The notes under the pieces were generated by a model. The model made no database searches and was not told the origin of the DNA. It saw nothing but the letters and a program-made list of their open reading frames with translations. Shown here piece after piece: positions 1-8,752 of a stretch of DNA of 64,000 nt. The first letter of the stretch is position 1. Each line of letters starts with the position of its first letter. Source of the stretch: a virus; the IMG/VR virus record IMGVR_UViG_3300012943_000029, positions 92,922-156,921 of that record. One strand, written 5' to 3'. The translations under genes and the position numbers were made by a program.

Positions 1-45
1 GCGCTTGTCAATGGCGACCTGAAGGTCTGGATTAACCTTCCTCAT
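1..45 (-). CDS. 5' end of a late gene that runs off the window (MRKVNPDLQVAIDKR...)
   Basis: ATG at 45 preceded by an AAGGA RBS and a TAAATA box at 70-75 on the minus strand. Confidence 0.45.
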   Translation of the reverse strand, partial: MRKVNPDLQVAIDKR

Positions 46-72
46 ATCATATTCCTTATGGAGATGTTCTAT

Positions 73-504
73 TTAGCGTGCGCTGGCGTTCAGGCTTTTC
101 TCGACGGCTCCAAGGCCCTCATACTTGTAACCTTCACTGTGAATGAGCTCGAGCAGCGCCCTCGCCTCATCTGTGTCGCCGTCTTTCAGTAGCTGAAGGA
201 GGCGCGTCATCGTGCCCCTCTCATCATCTAGATCTACATGGTCGCGCTGTAGTATCAGCGCGAGGTAGTAGTCATTCTTAGATATGTCATGTCTCTTGAA
301 CCACTCGGCGTTGCTGTTCCAACCATCATCAGGATCAAATCCGTCTTTGGTCATTCTGTCAATGAGCTCTTTCATCTTTGGGTGATCTCCGCCCAAGATG
401 AATGCCGAGACGGCGCCAAGAGGTGCATCAAAGTCATGAGCCAGCTTCGACACGATACGTGGTGTTCGCGCATGCTCAGCTATGAACTGCTTGAATGTTG
501 TCAT
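73..504 (-). CDS. Putative internal head protein with T4-like capsid-targeting leader (family member)
   Basis: N-terminus MTTFKQFIAE closely resembles T4 IP capsid-targeting sequence MKTYQEFIAE; C-terminus GYKYEGLGAVEKSL shared with the 44-56 kb family. Confidence 0.7.
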   Translation of the reverse strand: MTTFKQFIAEHARTPRIVSKLAHDFDAPLGAVSAFILGGDHPKMKELIDRMTKDGFDPDDGWNSNAEWFKRHDISKNDYYLALILQRDHVDLDDERGTMTRLLQLLKDGDTDEARALLELIHSEGYKYEGLGAVEKSLNASAR

Positions 505-2324
505 TATGGTGCCGTGACGAAGGTTCCAGACTGCGCGACTGATGGCAGCGCGATGCCTGGGAAGTTCGAGTTGAGCGAGTTGGCGAGGTAAGCAGTGATG
601 TTCGATGACAGCGTTCCATCAAGCGAGGTATCGATCGGCTCACCGGTAATATCCTGCAGGTAGAACTCAATGCTGACGTTGAGAACATAGTTCGCCCCCT
701 CGACAGGGTCTACCTTCACAATGACGCCGCCATGGGTTGGTGGGTCTGAAGCGTAGAGGCCACCGCCCGGTGTGTCAAGCACGTCGCGCTCAAACACTCG
801 CTGGTCTGGTGCATCGTTGATTGAGAAGTAGAAGCCGCGAGTGCTTCCACCAGCTGGAATGTATGGCTCGTAATCTGCACCAAGCTTCGTACCGAAGTAG
901 TCGTACTTCAGGCCGGTGAAGGCGGCTAGGAAGTTCTGCCAATCAAGCTCGACATCTGACGGTGATCCAGATGGGGTGAACGACCAGTTAAACTCAAGCT
1001 TGCCGCCCGCGTTGAAGAACGCCTGCGCCTTTGCCTTGTTCAGGAAGGTGAGCTCAACAGTATGAACGTAGGTGCCTAGCGTAGATGGAACACCAAGCGA
1101 CTGACCTGGCGTCGTGCGCGTTGATGTTGCAAGCGAGCTCACCTGCGTCGACGCTACTGCCAAATCGAAGCGAGCTGCCTCGAGAGCATCAAGCGCAAGC
1201 TTAGTGGCGTTGAGATACGTCATCACAGAGCCAATGCCAAGTGGACCAAAGCCTGACGTGATGTTCGCAACTGTACCCTGATTTGGGCTTGGGCCCATAT
1301 CTAGGTTGTTGTAGACGTTTGCAAGCGTGTTGCCAGGAATTAGTGGACGACCATCTGAGATGAAGCCGACAGGTGAAGTGTTGCTCTCATCAATGCCGAC
1401 TTCACGCAGCGCCTTACGAAGGCGCGAGACGAGAATTGACCAGCTCGCATTTGAGAACTGAGCTGGGAAGCTCTGCGAATATGGAAGACCTGCTTCATCA
1501 CTTGCGTTGCTGAGAACACCTGCGCTGTCGTATGTTGGTACAAGGTCAGTCTGACCCCAGCCAAACGCCTGCGTCGTGTCGGCACCAGAATAAATCGGTG
1601 GGCCGATGATGCGGTTGAGCCGCGTTGCCATGCCAGTGAGCGTGCCGCTCTCTTGATAGAGCTCTATGGTGGCGTTGCCCTTCGGTCCATACCACGCCGG
1701 AATATAGAACTGAATGTGATCCACACCGATGATGGCGTCATTGCCGGAAACAATCTCAGTGCCGTAGCCGGCAAGGGTGATGTGAAACGTGAAGGCTGAT
1801 GGGTTTGCATTCACAGCATCGCGAAGATCCTGTGAGTAGAAGTAGATCTCACCATATGTCTGCGCTGAGACCTTCACCATGTCTGGATAGCCGCCCAAGT
1901 TGATGAGCGTTCCAGATGGTGGTGACAGCTCCCAATCGCCGCCAGCGCCAGTGACGGCTTCAAATGGTGTAACGGGCGGGCCTGCATCTGGCGTCATGCC
2001 GTAATCGGCTAGACCGCCAACGACGATGACAGCTGGAGATGACTGCTCCCAGTACGTGCCGTTCCACACGTACATGATGCGCTCATCAAGCTTGTACCAA
2101 TTCTGACCAATCGTTGGGTACAGAGGCGGGATGTCGCGCGCAAAATTTTCCATCAGCTGAATGAAGTTCTGCTGCTGGTAGAGACCGTAGTTGTTGAGCC
2201 CCTTGCCGGTAAGGGTGATGGACGTCGATGCGGTGTCAGCCGTCTGCTGCGCCACCGTGATCGGGTCTTTGCTCGGCGGATGGCCGGGATCTGGCGACGA
2301 TGACCAGTTTACTGTGTAGTCCAT
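504..2324 (-). CDS. Virion structural protein, probable baseplate/tail component (606 aa)
   Basis: N-terminal SITLTGKG..NYG..QNFIQLMENFA..P.GQ.WY motif and C-terminal AFFNAGG motif, as seen in large myophage structural proteins; late box upstream. Confidence 0.65.
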   Translation of the reverse strand: MDYTVNWSSSPDPGHPPSKDPITVAQQTADTASTSITLTGKGLNNYGLYQQQNFIQLMENFARDIPPLYPTIGQNWYKLDERIMYVWNGTYWEQSSPAVIVVGGLADYGMTPDAGPPVTPFEAVTGAGGDWELSPPSGTLINLGGYPDMVKVSAQTYGEIYFYSQDLRDAVNANPSAFTFHITLAGYGTEIVSGNDAIIGVDHIQFYIPAWYGPKGNATIELYQESGTLTGMATRLNRIIGPPIYSGADTTQAFGWGQTDLVPTYDSAGVLSNASDEAGLPYSQSFPAQFSNASWSILVSRLRKALREVGIDESNTSPVGFISDGRPLIPGNTLANVYNNLDMGPSPNQGTVANITSGFGPLGIGSVMTYLNATKLALDALEAARFDLAVASTQVSSLATSTRTTPGQSLGVPSTLGTYVHTVELTFLNKAKAQAFFNAGGKLEFNWSFTPSGSPSDVELDWQNFLAAFTGLKYDYFGTKLGADYEPYIPAGGSTRGFYFSINDAPDQRVFERDVLDTPGGGLYASDPPTHGGVIVKVDPVEGANYVLNVSIEFYLQDITGEPIDTSLDGTLSSNITAYLANSLNSNFPGIALPSVAQSGTFVTAP

Positions 2325-2388
2325 GTTGTCTCCGAGTTGCGCCGGCTCACAAGCACCCGACCTGCCGGTTTAGTTTGGTCGCGCAGTG

Positions 2389-2395
2389 TATTTAT
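2389..2395 (-). promoter_or_regulatory. T4-like late promoter (ATAAATA)
   Basis: TATTTAT on + strand, about 65 nt upstream of the 2324 start. Confidence 0.6.
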
Positions 2396-2410
2396 CGCCT
2401 CGGCAACTAA

Positions 2411-2444
2411 CTGAGGGGCTGTCCACCTCTGTACAGCCCCTCAG
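2411..2444 (-). terminator. Stem-loop downstream of phoH, possible terminator
   Basis: Perfect 12-bp inverted repeat CTGAGGGGCTGT / ACAGCCCCTCAG with 10-nt loop; weak U-tract. Confidence 0.5.
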
Positions 2445-2505
2445 GTCCAGTTGAACTTACGTCATGCTAAGGATGTAGTGCGGCAGTTAAGCCGTCTATG
2501 AAGCC

Positions 2506-3249
2506 CTAGACAGACCCCTTCTTCGGGTCCGGAGCATCGAGCAGCGTTAGGATCTTCTTCACGATCTCGGACCGGACTACGTCCTGGTTTTCGAATGCAA
2601 TGTAGTTGATTTGCTCGTCCCTCCCTGTAAGTTTTCGAATAGCGTACTGAAGCCCATTTTCCCACGGGCCAACATGGTCTCTCGGCTTCTTGAGATCTGA
2701 TTGAGTGACATCACCATTGATCGAGAACGTGCTGCCGTGACCAATGCGGGTCAGGAACATTCTCATCTGCTCTATGGTGGTGTTTTGCGCCTCGTCTAGA
2801 ATGACGAACGCATTGTTGAAGGTTCGACCGCGCATGTATGCCAGCGGGGCGATCTCGATCTTCTGATCCTCAAGCAACAGCTTTGCCTTCATCGGACCTA
2901 CGTGGTCTTGAAGAGCATCAAAAAGCGGGAGGAGATATGGATCGAGCTTTTCCTCTAGCGTTCCAGGCAGGAAGCCGAGGTCTTCACCTGCCTGAACGAC
3001 AGGGCGCGTAACAACAATGCGATTGACTTCGCGTGAGAGCAGTTTTTCTAGAGCTACTGCAGTGACGAGGAACGTTTTGCCTGCACCTGCAGGGCCGCCG
3101 CAGATGGTAAGAGACATGTTCCTCAGACTTTCTAAGTAGAGCTCCTGTCCGAAGTTTCTAGCTTTGATAGGCTGCTTGATGTGTACTGGCTTACCTTCAT
3201 GCTCGACAGCAGCATTAGGTGGGTATTTCTGCTTCTTACGCTTAGGCAT
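2506..3249 (-). CDS. phoH: PhoH-family ATPase
   Basis: GPAGAGKT Walker A, GFLPGTLEEK, YMRGRTF, ILDEAQN, LTRIG, GDVTQSD motifs. Confidence 0.95.
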   Translation of the reverse strand: MPKRKKQKYPPNAAVEHEGKPVHIKQPIKARNFGQELYLESLRNMSLTICGGPAGAGKTFLVTAVALEKLLSREVNRIVVTRPVVQAGEDLGFLPGTLEEKLDPYLLPLFDALQDHVGPMKAKLLLEDQKIEIAPLAYMRGRTFNNAFVILDEAQNTTIEQMRMFLTRIGHGSTFSINGDVTQSDLKKPRDHVGPWENGLQYAIRKLTGRDEQINYIAFENQDVVRSEIVKKILTLLDAPDPKKGSV

Positions 3250-3354
3250 ATGAAGTCCCTTGTGTGGTGGTTAGTGCCAGTCACCGGGTACAATCATCCG
3301 TGAGAGTGGGTCATTCTCCTTTTTGAAGTTGAGCGTGAGGTTACGAACAAGCGC

Positions 3355-3750
3355 TTAGTCTTGCTTCTTGAGAACCAGCTTGACCCACTCGATCGCTGAA
3401 AGCTGTGGGTTGCAAGCATATGGATTTGCCTCGAAGTTTGCTGGACGCTGGAGCTCAGCGAGCAGCCAAGTTGAAACTTGAACTGAGACCTCAGGGGTGA
3501 ACGCCTTTACCTGCTCAATGAGCTCGGCATTCGTCGACATGCTGTATGGAGCAAGCTCGCGTGGCCAGCTGTATGGACCACCGTTTCTGAACATCTCAAT
3601 GAGAGCGGCAACGATGAAGTACTGGACGTTGTTCGTAACGCCACCATCGCGGACTACCTGTTCGAGGGTCATGGTGATGTGGACTGGGATCACGCCTTCC
3701 TTGAGGTCGACTGAACCGGCTACGACTGTCTTGATTTCGTTAAGTCTCAT
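3355..3750 (-). CDS. Late hypothetical protein, possible internal head protein (MRLNEI leader)
   Basis: ORF with RBS and a perfect TATAAATA box 34 nt upstream. Confidence 0.6.
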   Translation of the reverse strand: MRLNEIKTVVAGSVDLKEGVIPVHITMTLEQVVRDGGVTNNVQYFIVAALIEMFRNGGPYSWPRELAPYSMSTNAELIEQVKAFTPEVSVQVSTWLLAELQRPANFEANPYACNPQLSAIEWVKLVLKKQD

Positions 3751-3783
3751 GGTATGTCCTTTGTGCCCTGTAGGCTCTCAAAG

Positions 3784-3815
3784 TATTTATACGTGCCGCC
3801 TGGCAGGCATAAATA
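3784..3815. promoter_or_regulatory. Back-to-back late promoters
   Basis: TATAAATA on minus strand (3784-3791) and ATAAATA on plus strand (3809-3815) between divergent genes. Confidence 0.75.
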
Positions 3816-3843
3816 CCAGGGCACGACATCACCAGGAACATCA

Positions 3844-4266
3844 ATGAAGCTCTCACAACTCAAGCGCCTCAACGAGGCTATCACAGGTTCAACCGTAGAA
3901 GCTGCTGATCTTAAGGACAAGAGGTTTGTCGACAAGCTAGCAAACGAGCTGCATGACAATGGCTTTCCAGATACCTTCAAGCTGGACGTCAAGCTGTCAA
4001 ACGGCCATGTGCTACCGACCACGTGGAAGCTTACGAACAAGTCGATCAACGACAGCCCAACTTGGCACCAACTAACGTTCGCCTACGAACCAGATCATGA
4101 GAGCAGCACGCGCAAGTTTGATTACCTACGCCACGCCGAGAAGGATGACAACGATCCTGAAGGTGAGACATACGATGAGCTTCAGCACGACCTCAACTTC
4201 GACATGCTCGAGGTAATGGCCGAACTCAGATCAGATATTGAGAAGGTGTATGGACACCTCACCTAA
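3844..4266 (+). CDS. Late hypothetical protein with MKLSQLKRLNE leader
   Basis: ATG at 3844 after AGGA RBS and late box; leader ends in L-N-E. Confidence 0.65.
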   Translation: MKLSQLKRLNEAITGSTVEAADLKDKRFVDKLANELHDNGFPDTFKLDVKLSNGHVLPTTWKLTNKSINDSPTWHQLTFAYEPDHESSTRKFDYLRHAEKDDNDPEGETYDELQHDLNFDMLEVMAELRSDIEKVYGHLT

Positions 4267-4495
4267 GGCTGAAGATGCCAAGATCGCGCCGCGCACAGAG
4301 TGGGCGAAGCTGTCTGTTACTCAGCTGTATGACAACCGCAACAAGCTGATGGACCTCTACTACAACATGCGTGGGGCAGGTGCCACATTCGCTGAGCAGT
4401 ACAAGAAGATCATCAGCGACCTTGATATCCTGATCCGTCGGCGTGAGGCTGAGCAGCTAACTGAGCAGCTTGCCGAGCAGGAAACTAATCGATAG
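4250..4495 (+). CDS. Hypothetical helical protein
   Basis: Overlaps previous stop region; likely start MDTSPK after AAGGTG RBS. Confidence 0.55.
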   Translation: MDTSPKAEDAKIAPRTEWAKLSVTQLYDNRNKLMDLYYNMRGAGATFAEQYKKIISDLDILIRRREAEQLTEQLAEQETNR

Positions 4496-4985
4496 GCTTG
4501 CTCTTGAAGTGCGCTTCAAGGCGCGCGTACAGGCCACGCTCTAGCCCGTAGGCCTCAACCTCCCACTTCGACAGATAGTAGTCAACATCTGTTTGCTTCT
4601 CGGGGTATGGGCTTCTCTCTCCACGAAACACCGTGCAGGTGGCTAGGTCCCTTAGCTCTCCGCGAGCGTACTGTTTGACATGAACCAGCTCATGGCACAG
4701 GTCTCGCATGATGTTGCCGAAGCGCTTTTGAAGCTTATCAGAGCGCTTTGAAACTCGCCTGTCATTCAACCATATGCGGGCATACTTGCCAGTTTCCGTC
4801 TCATCATACCCACATTCAGCCTTCGTCTTTTCTCTGCGCTGTTCATCATTAGGTGGGGCAAGTGAGATAATAACGTTGAGGTTCTTTCTGGCCCGTCTAG
4901 GAATTAGAAAGTCGAGCGTATAAACTGTGGCGCGTCGGATGAGAGCGCGCTCCTTTTCTGTCATGTTGCCTTGAATGCGGATCAT
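4485..4985 (-). CDS. Putative zinc metallopeptidase (HExxH)
   Basis: LCHELVHVKQY and WEVEAY motifs; start re-called at MIRIQG. Confidence 0.7.
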   Translation of the reverse strand: MIRIQGNMTEKERALIRRATVYTLDFLIPRRARKNLNVIISLAPPNDEQRREKTKAECGYDETETGKYARIWLNDRRVSKRSDKLQKRFGNIMRDLCHELVHVKQYARGELRDLATCTVFRGERSPYPEKQTDVDYYLSKWEVEAYGLERGLYARLEAHFKSKPID

Positions 4986-4995
4986 TGACCTACCC

Positions 4996-5787
4996 TCATG
5001 TCCATAGGTACTTTCTAATCGCAAGCACACGCTGAAGCATGCGCTCACACATGATGTCGTGTTCGTCTTCAATCTCACGAAGCTCATTCCACGTGATGAG
5101 CTTCTCCTTACCATTCGGTACCATCTTCAGCTCGTTGCCGGTGAACACGTACTTCTCACCGGTCTTCTCATATAGTTTCCAATGATCAATGTCGTACTTC
5201 TCATCCTTGTACCACTCGTACAGACGGAATACTTCAACGTTCTTGCGGTAGTAGATGTTGGCGGTCTTTTCAAGCTCGCACAGCTCGTCAACGCTCATGC
5301 CCTCGTAGGGTGGTTTCAGAAGCTCGAGGCGGGCCTGCTCGATGAACTGTGTCATTGCAGGGCGGTCAGTGTAGCGCTTGCCGCTCCACTTGGTTTCCCA
5401 GTCCTTGAACGGCTGCTCGAGCTCGACAAAGTCTACGAGAATTTGGAACATGGCGTGGAACATGATAGCATCACGATCAGACCACGTTCGAGGGAGGGCG
5501 TGAAGCGTGAGGCGGTTGTGCGGCTTGAAGTAGCAGCGCACGTCGTAGATGGCGCTGTGGAAGTGGTTGTTGAGAGCGCGAGCGCGCCTGATGGTGCTTT
5601 TTACGAGCGCACGGATCGACTGCTTGCTAAAGCCGAACTTGACTTTTGTTTCGACCGTAAAAAGGGTAGGGTTCACGTTCAGTCTCCGGTGCTGCCATTC
5701 GCCGGCACGTGTATTTAGCCGAGACAGCCGATGCGCCGGCCAGAGCCCGACACAAACCCACCGCCGAGAGGCGGTGGAACAGGTCAA
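4996..5787 (-). CDS. Hypothetical phage protein (true start probably near 5675)
   Basis: Long ORF ending in RKYLWT; TAAATA box at 5712-5717 suggests a downstream start. Confidence 0.55.
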   Translation of the reverse strand: MTCSTASRRWVCVGLWPAHRLSRLNTRAGEWQHRRLNVNPTLFTVETKVKFGFSKQSIRALVKSTIRRARALNNHFHSAIYDVRCYFKPHNRLTLHALPRTWSDRDAIMFHAMFQILVDFVELEQPFKDWETKWSGKRYTDRPAMTQFIEQARLELLKPPYEGMSVDELCELEKTANIYYRKNVEVFRLYEWYKDEKYDIDHWKLYEKTGEKYVFTGNELKMVPNGKEKLITWNELREIEDEHDIMCERMLQRVLAIRKYLWT

Positions 5788-5800
5788 CGAGAGATTGAAC

Positions 5801-6241
5801 TTAGGTCAAAGTCAGGAGAGGCTTTGGGCCAAAGAAAATCCAGGAGATGCGAGCGGCTTTCCAGCCCGCGTAGATGGTAAGCACGTGGAAGATGATCAGT
5901 GGGATCGAGGTGAACTTGACCATCAAGAGGTACCACAGCTTGGCGAAATACCAGGCTCCCTCAAACGGAACCAACAGCATCTGCCACAGCTCTCGACCCT
6001 CCAGCTGCAGGCCATTGAGCTGGACAACTGCATCACCGAACGAGTACCAGTAGGTCTCGTCGACGTAGAAGAACATCACGAGGCAGCCCATGATTGCGGC
6101 GAAGGTAAGGAATGCCGGCGTGAGGATGGTCCAGATAGCGAGCAGCCTGGCAGCTGGCGCGCTTGCGAAGATGCGATAGAAGAGGTACAACGCGTAGCAC
6201 GTGACAATCGCGTAGGTAATACCGACAACCATAACAAACAC
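5801..6241 (-). CDS. Membrane protein
   Basis: Several hydrophobic segments; downstream of a TTAACATAA-class promoter. Confidence 0.6.
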   Translation of the reverse strand: MFVMVVGITYAIVTCYALYLFYRIFASAPAARLLAIWTILTPAFLTFAAIMGCLVMFFYVDETYWYSFGDAVVQLNGLQLEGRELWQMLLVPFEGAWYFAKLWYLLMVKFTSIPLIIFHVLTIYAGWKAARISWIFFGPKPLLTLT

Positions 6242-6266
6242 CCTTGTCCAACCTATCCTAGGAAGG

Positions 6267-6313
6267 ATTGTAAGCCAGTCCTAGGAAGAAGTACACAGGT
6301 CAAGTTATGTTAA
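6267..6313 (-). promoter_or_regulatory. Sigma70-like promoter with upstream TTAACATAA box
   Basis: Minus strand TTAACATAA-N9-TGTACT-N17-TACAAT. Confidence 0.65.
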
Positions 6314-6318
6314 ATGGG

Positions 6319-7110
6319 TCAGCGGAAGATGACCTTGAGCTTCTTGAGCTTGAACAACTTCGGTGCTACCTTAGGCGCCTTCACCTCAGCAGCTTCCTTG
6401 ACGCGCTTCCTTGGTGTCGGTGCCACGTCAACAGACTTGAGCAGGCTTCCACCAAGATCCTCAACGACGCTTGAGACGATCTGCTTCACCATCTCCTCGC
6501 GAGTTTGCATGTTGATCTGCACCTTAGGGGTGGGCGCTGGCGCTGGTGCTGCGGTCTTTGCAGCTGCCTTAGGCGCTGGAGCCGCATCATCTTCTGGCTT
6601 GCTGTCGGCAGCCTTATCATCTGCCGCCTGAGTTGTTGCGGCGTTGCTGTCAGCAGCCTTCGTGTCTGCCGCCTTTGCATCAGCAGCCTTCGTGTCTGCA
6701 GCGGTGCTGTCGGCTGGCTTGCTATCAGCAGCCTTCGTATCGGCAGGCTTTGATGTGGCGGCGACTGCCTCGGCGGTTGGAGCTGGTTCAGGCTGTGCGA
6801 CAGGTTCTGGGGCTGGCGTAACAACAGCCTCAGGCAGCGGCTCAATGGTTGCGGCTGACTTGAACGGTGTGAAGATGCGGTTGTTGACGATGACGTGAAT
6901 GCCAAGCTTCACCTCACCCGCGCCAAACACAGCACCAGGGTTGTCGACGCGAGCTACCCAGTCTTCACCGTTTCTGGTGGCTGCGTAGCTAAGCGAGCGT
7001 CCGTCCTTCTCTAGGACGAGCGCGACAGATGATGGCACGGCCTGGGTACCAGCAATTCCCACCTTGAAGGCGAGCTCAACTGGATTAGAATGTGGGAATG
7101 AGAGTAGCAT
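6319..7110 (-). CDS. Hypothetical virion-module protein with low-complexity linker
   Basis: Globular N-terminus, Ala/Pro/Lys-rich linker with pentapeptide repeats, basic C-terminus. Confidence 0.65.
   Translation of the reverse strand: MLLSFPHSNPVELAFKVGIAGTQAVPSSVALVLEKDGRSLSYAATRNGEDWVARVDNPGAVFGAGEVKLGIHVIVNNRIFTPFKSAATIEPLPEAVVTPAPEPVAQPEPAPTAEAVAATSKPADTKAADSKPADSTAADTKAADAKAADTKAADSNAATTQAADDKAADSKPEDDAAPAPKAAAKTAAPAPAPTPKVQINMQTREEMVKQIVSSVVEDLGGSLLKSVDVAPTPRKRVKEAAEVKAPKVAPKLFKLKKLKVIFR
6586..6750 (-). repeat. Degenerate 15-bp tandem repeat encoding about 11 K(A/P)AD(S/T) pentapeptides
   Basis: KPADT KAADS KPADS TAADT KAADA KAADT KAADS NAATT QAADD KAADS KPEDD. Confidence 0.8.
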
Positions 7111-7754
7111 TAACTGCGTCGAACCTCAAAGTAGACCTCAAAATCTTTGCAGCGGTACAGCATGTTCGGGGTGACCTTACCATGCTTCTTCAGCAGCGCC
7201 TCGAAGTTGGCATAGTTCACCTCATAGTTAGGATCCGCCTGCAGTGCGTCCCTAATCAGCTCAATGCACGTCAGCTTGTTGTCCTTGGCAAAGTCAAACA
7301 GCGTGTCGTACTTACGGCCAACATATGTCCTTGACTTGTCCATCACCTGCGTCCATTGTTCAATGGTGAAGGTGCGCGGCTTAAGCAGCGCGACTGAGCT
7401 TACGTTCTTGAACACCAAGTTGAATGGGTCGTATGAGACGCCACGCTTAGGCGTCGCCTCAACAAGACGAAAGTCATCATCGGACATAACCTCGTCTTCC
7501 AGGTTCATAAGACAGTGGGCGTAAAATCCAAACCTGCCAGTCATGACCAGGTCGGTAAGGCCAACAAACCACGCCGAAAGAAGGTTACTCGAGCGAGTGC
7601 AGATCAAGTAGTAATCCTTGGCCAGCATGTCCTTGATGTTCTCGAGCTCTTCCCCAGAAAGCGGGTCCCTCTGCTTCCATCTAACGCAGCTAATCAGTCT
7701 GACCACCAAGGTCGGCAACCAGCCAAGGTACTTCCTGAAGAAGGACTTGACCAT
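7110..7754 (-). CDS. YiiX-like permuted NlpC/P60 papain-fold amidase
   Basis: His (YAH) precedes Cys (GRKYD..F....LTCIELI), the permuted order; TAAATA at 7790-7795. Confidence 0.7.
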   Translation of the reverse strand: MVKSFFRKYLGWLPTLVVRLISCVRWKQRDPLSGEELENIKDMLAKDYYLICTRSSNLLSAWFVGLTDLVMTGRFGFYAHCLMNLEDEVMSDDDFRLVEATPKRGVSYDPFNLVFKNVSSVALLKPRTFTIEQWTQVMDKSRTYVGRKYDTLFDFAKDNKLTCIELIRDALQADPNYEVNYANFEALLKKHGKVTPNMLYRCKDFEVYFEVRRS

Positions 7755-7760
7755 GTGGGC

Positions 7761-8135
7761 TTACCTCTTAATGAGCCGAACGTCAGAGATATTTACAGTT
7801 TCTAGGATTGAATTGGCGATCTTCAGGCCATGGACTGTGATGAGCGGTACCATGGTCTCGTCACCACGCTCCAGCGTATGAAGATAGGTCTGGCCATTGA
7901 ACTCGATGGTGACCGCGATCGCCGGCATCTCCAGCGTGCTGACATCAACCGTATCATCCTCAACCTGACGACGGAAGATGCCGAGGTTCTCATAGTTAGC
8001 ATTGACCTTCTGCTGCTGCCCACCACCAACTGCGGTTGGGATGAACGGTGGCAGGGTCGAGATAATAGCCGCACGACGATACGAGCAGATGTCATCGATC
8101 TGCGAGCAGTTGATTGTGCAGGCGTTGATGGACAT
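7761..8135 (-). CDS. Hypothetical protein in virion module
   Basis: Tightly packed ORF in the fibre operon. Confidence 0.55.
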   Translation of the reverse strand: MSINACTINCSQIDDICSYRRAAIISTLPPFIPTAVGGGQQQKVNANYENLGIFRRQVEDDTVDVSTLEMPAIAVTIEFNGQTYLHTLERGDETMVPLITVHGLKIANSILETVNISDVRLIKR

Positions 8136-8752
8136 TAGCTCTGCTCTACATCAGTCCAAGTGACAGCATTTACATCGGCCACAGATGTCATAGCGAGAAC
8201 AGCATCCTTAACACCGTTGAAGGTGACGAGCACCTGCAGCTTGAACGCTGCGCCGTCATCTAGCACCTGACGAAGCTGGGTGTACGTGTGTGGAAGATAT
8301 GCTTTCACACCAGTGCTTGGATCACGTGAAGCGTAGTACATCGACGTACCTTCAGGATTTGCCACAGATGGTGATGTCGCTAGAATGGAACCGAGCATGT
8401 TGGCCTGGTCTTCTAGCTCGGCATCATAGCGCCGCGATGAACCGATCGCATCAGAGATAACACCTGACGTGATGTTATTTCCGGCAGCCACGCTAAGCTC
8501 AGTAATTTTGGCAACCTTAGCTTCCGTCAGCAGGCTAGCATCGGCGTCCATCTCTTCAGGTGTCATAATGCGAACGTTGTTCTCACCATAGAAGACCCAA
8601 AAGCGTGGGCTTACAAGCTGCGCGGCCTCGAAGTCATCAAACACTGGGTCAATGACGAATTCTTCTGGGCTCTCCAGCGTCTCGATATCCTCGACGCTGT
8701 TCCAGGTGTGCTTTGTTTTGTGGAAGATTACTGACATCTTACATCTTCTCAA
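8135..8752 (-). CDS. Tail fibre assembly protein, DUF4376-like
   Basis: AKVAKITEL...RYDAELEDQANM...HT..QL..V motif; directly downstream of a fibre gene. Confidence 0.65.
   Translation of the reverse strand: MRRCKMSVIFHKTKHTWNSVEDIETLESPEEFVIDPVFDDFEAAQLVSPRFWVFYGENNVRIMTPEEMDADASLLTEAKVAKITELSVAAGNNITSGVISDAIGSSRRYDAELEDQANMLGSILATSPSVANPEGTSMYYASRDPSTGVKAYLPHTYTQLRQVLDDGAAFKLQVLVTFNGVKDAVLAMTSVADVNAVTWTDVEQS

Noticed and set aside
6586-6750. CRISPR array
   Set aside because: In-frame 15-bp coding repeat without unique spacers
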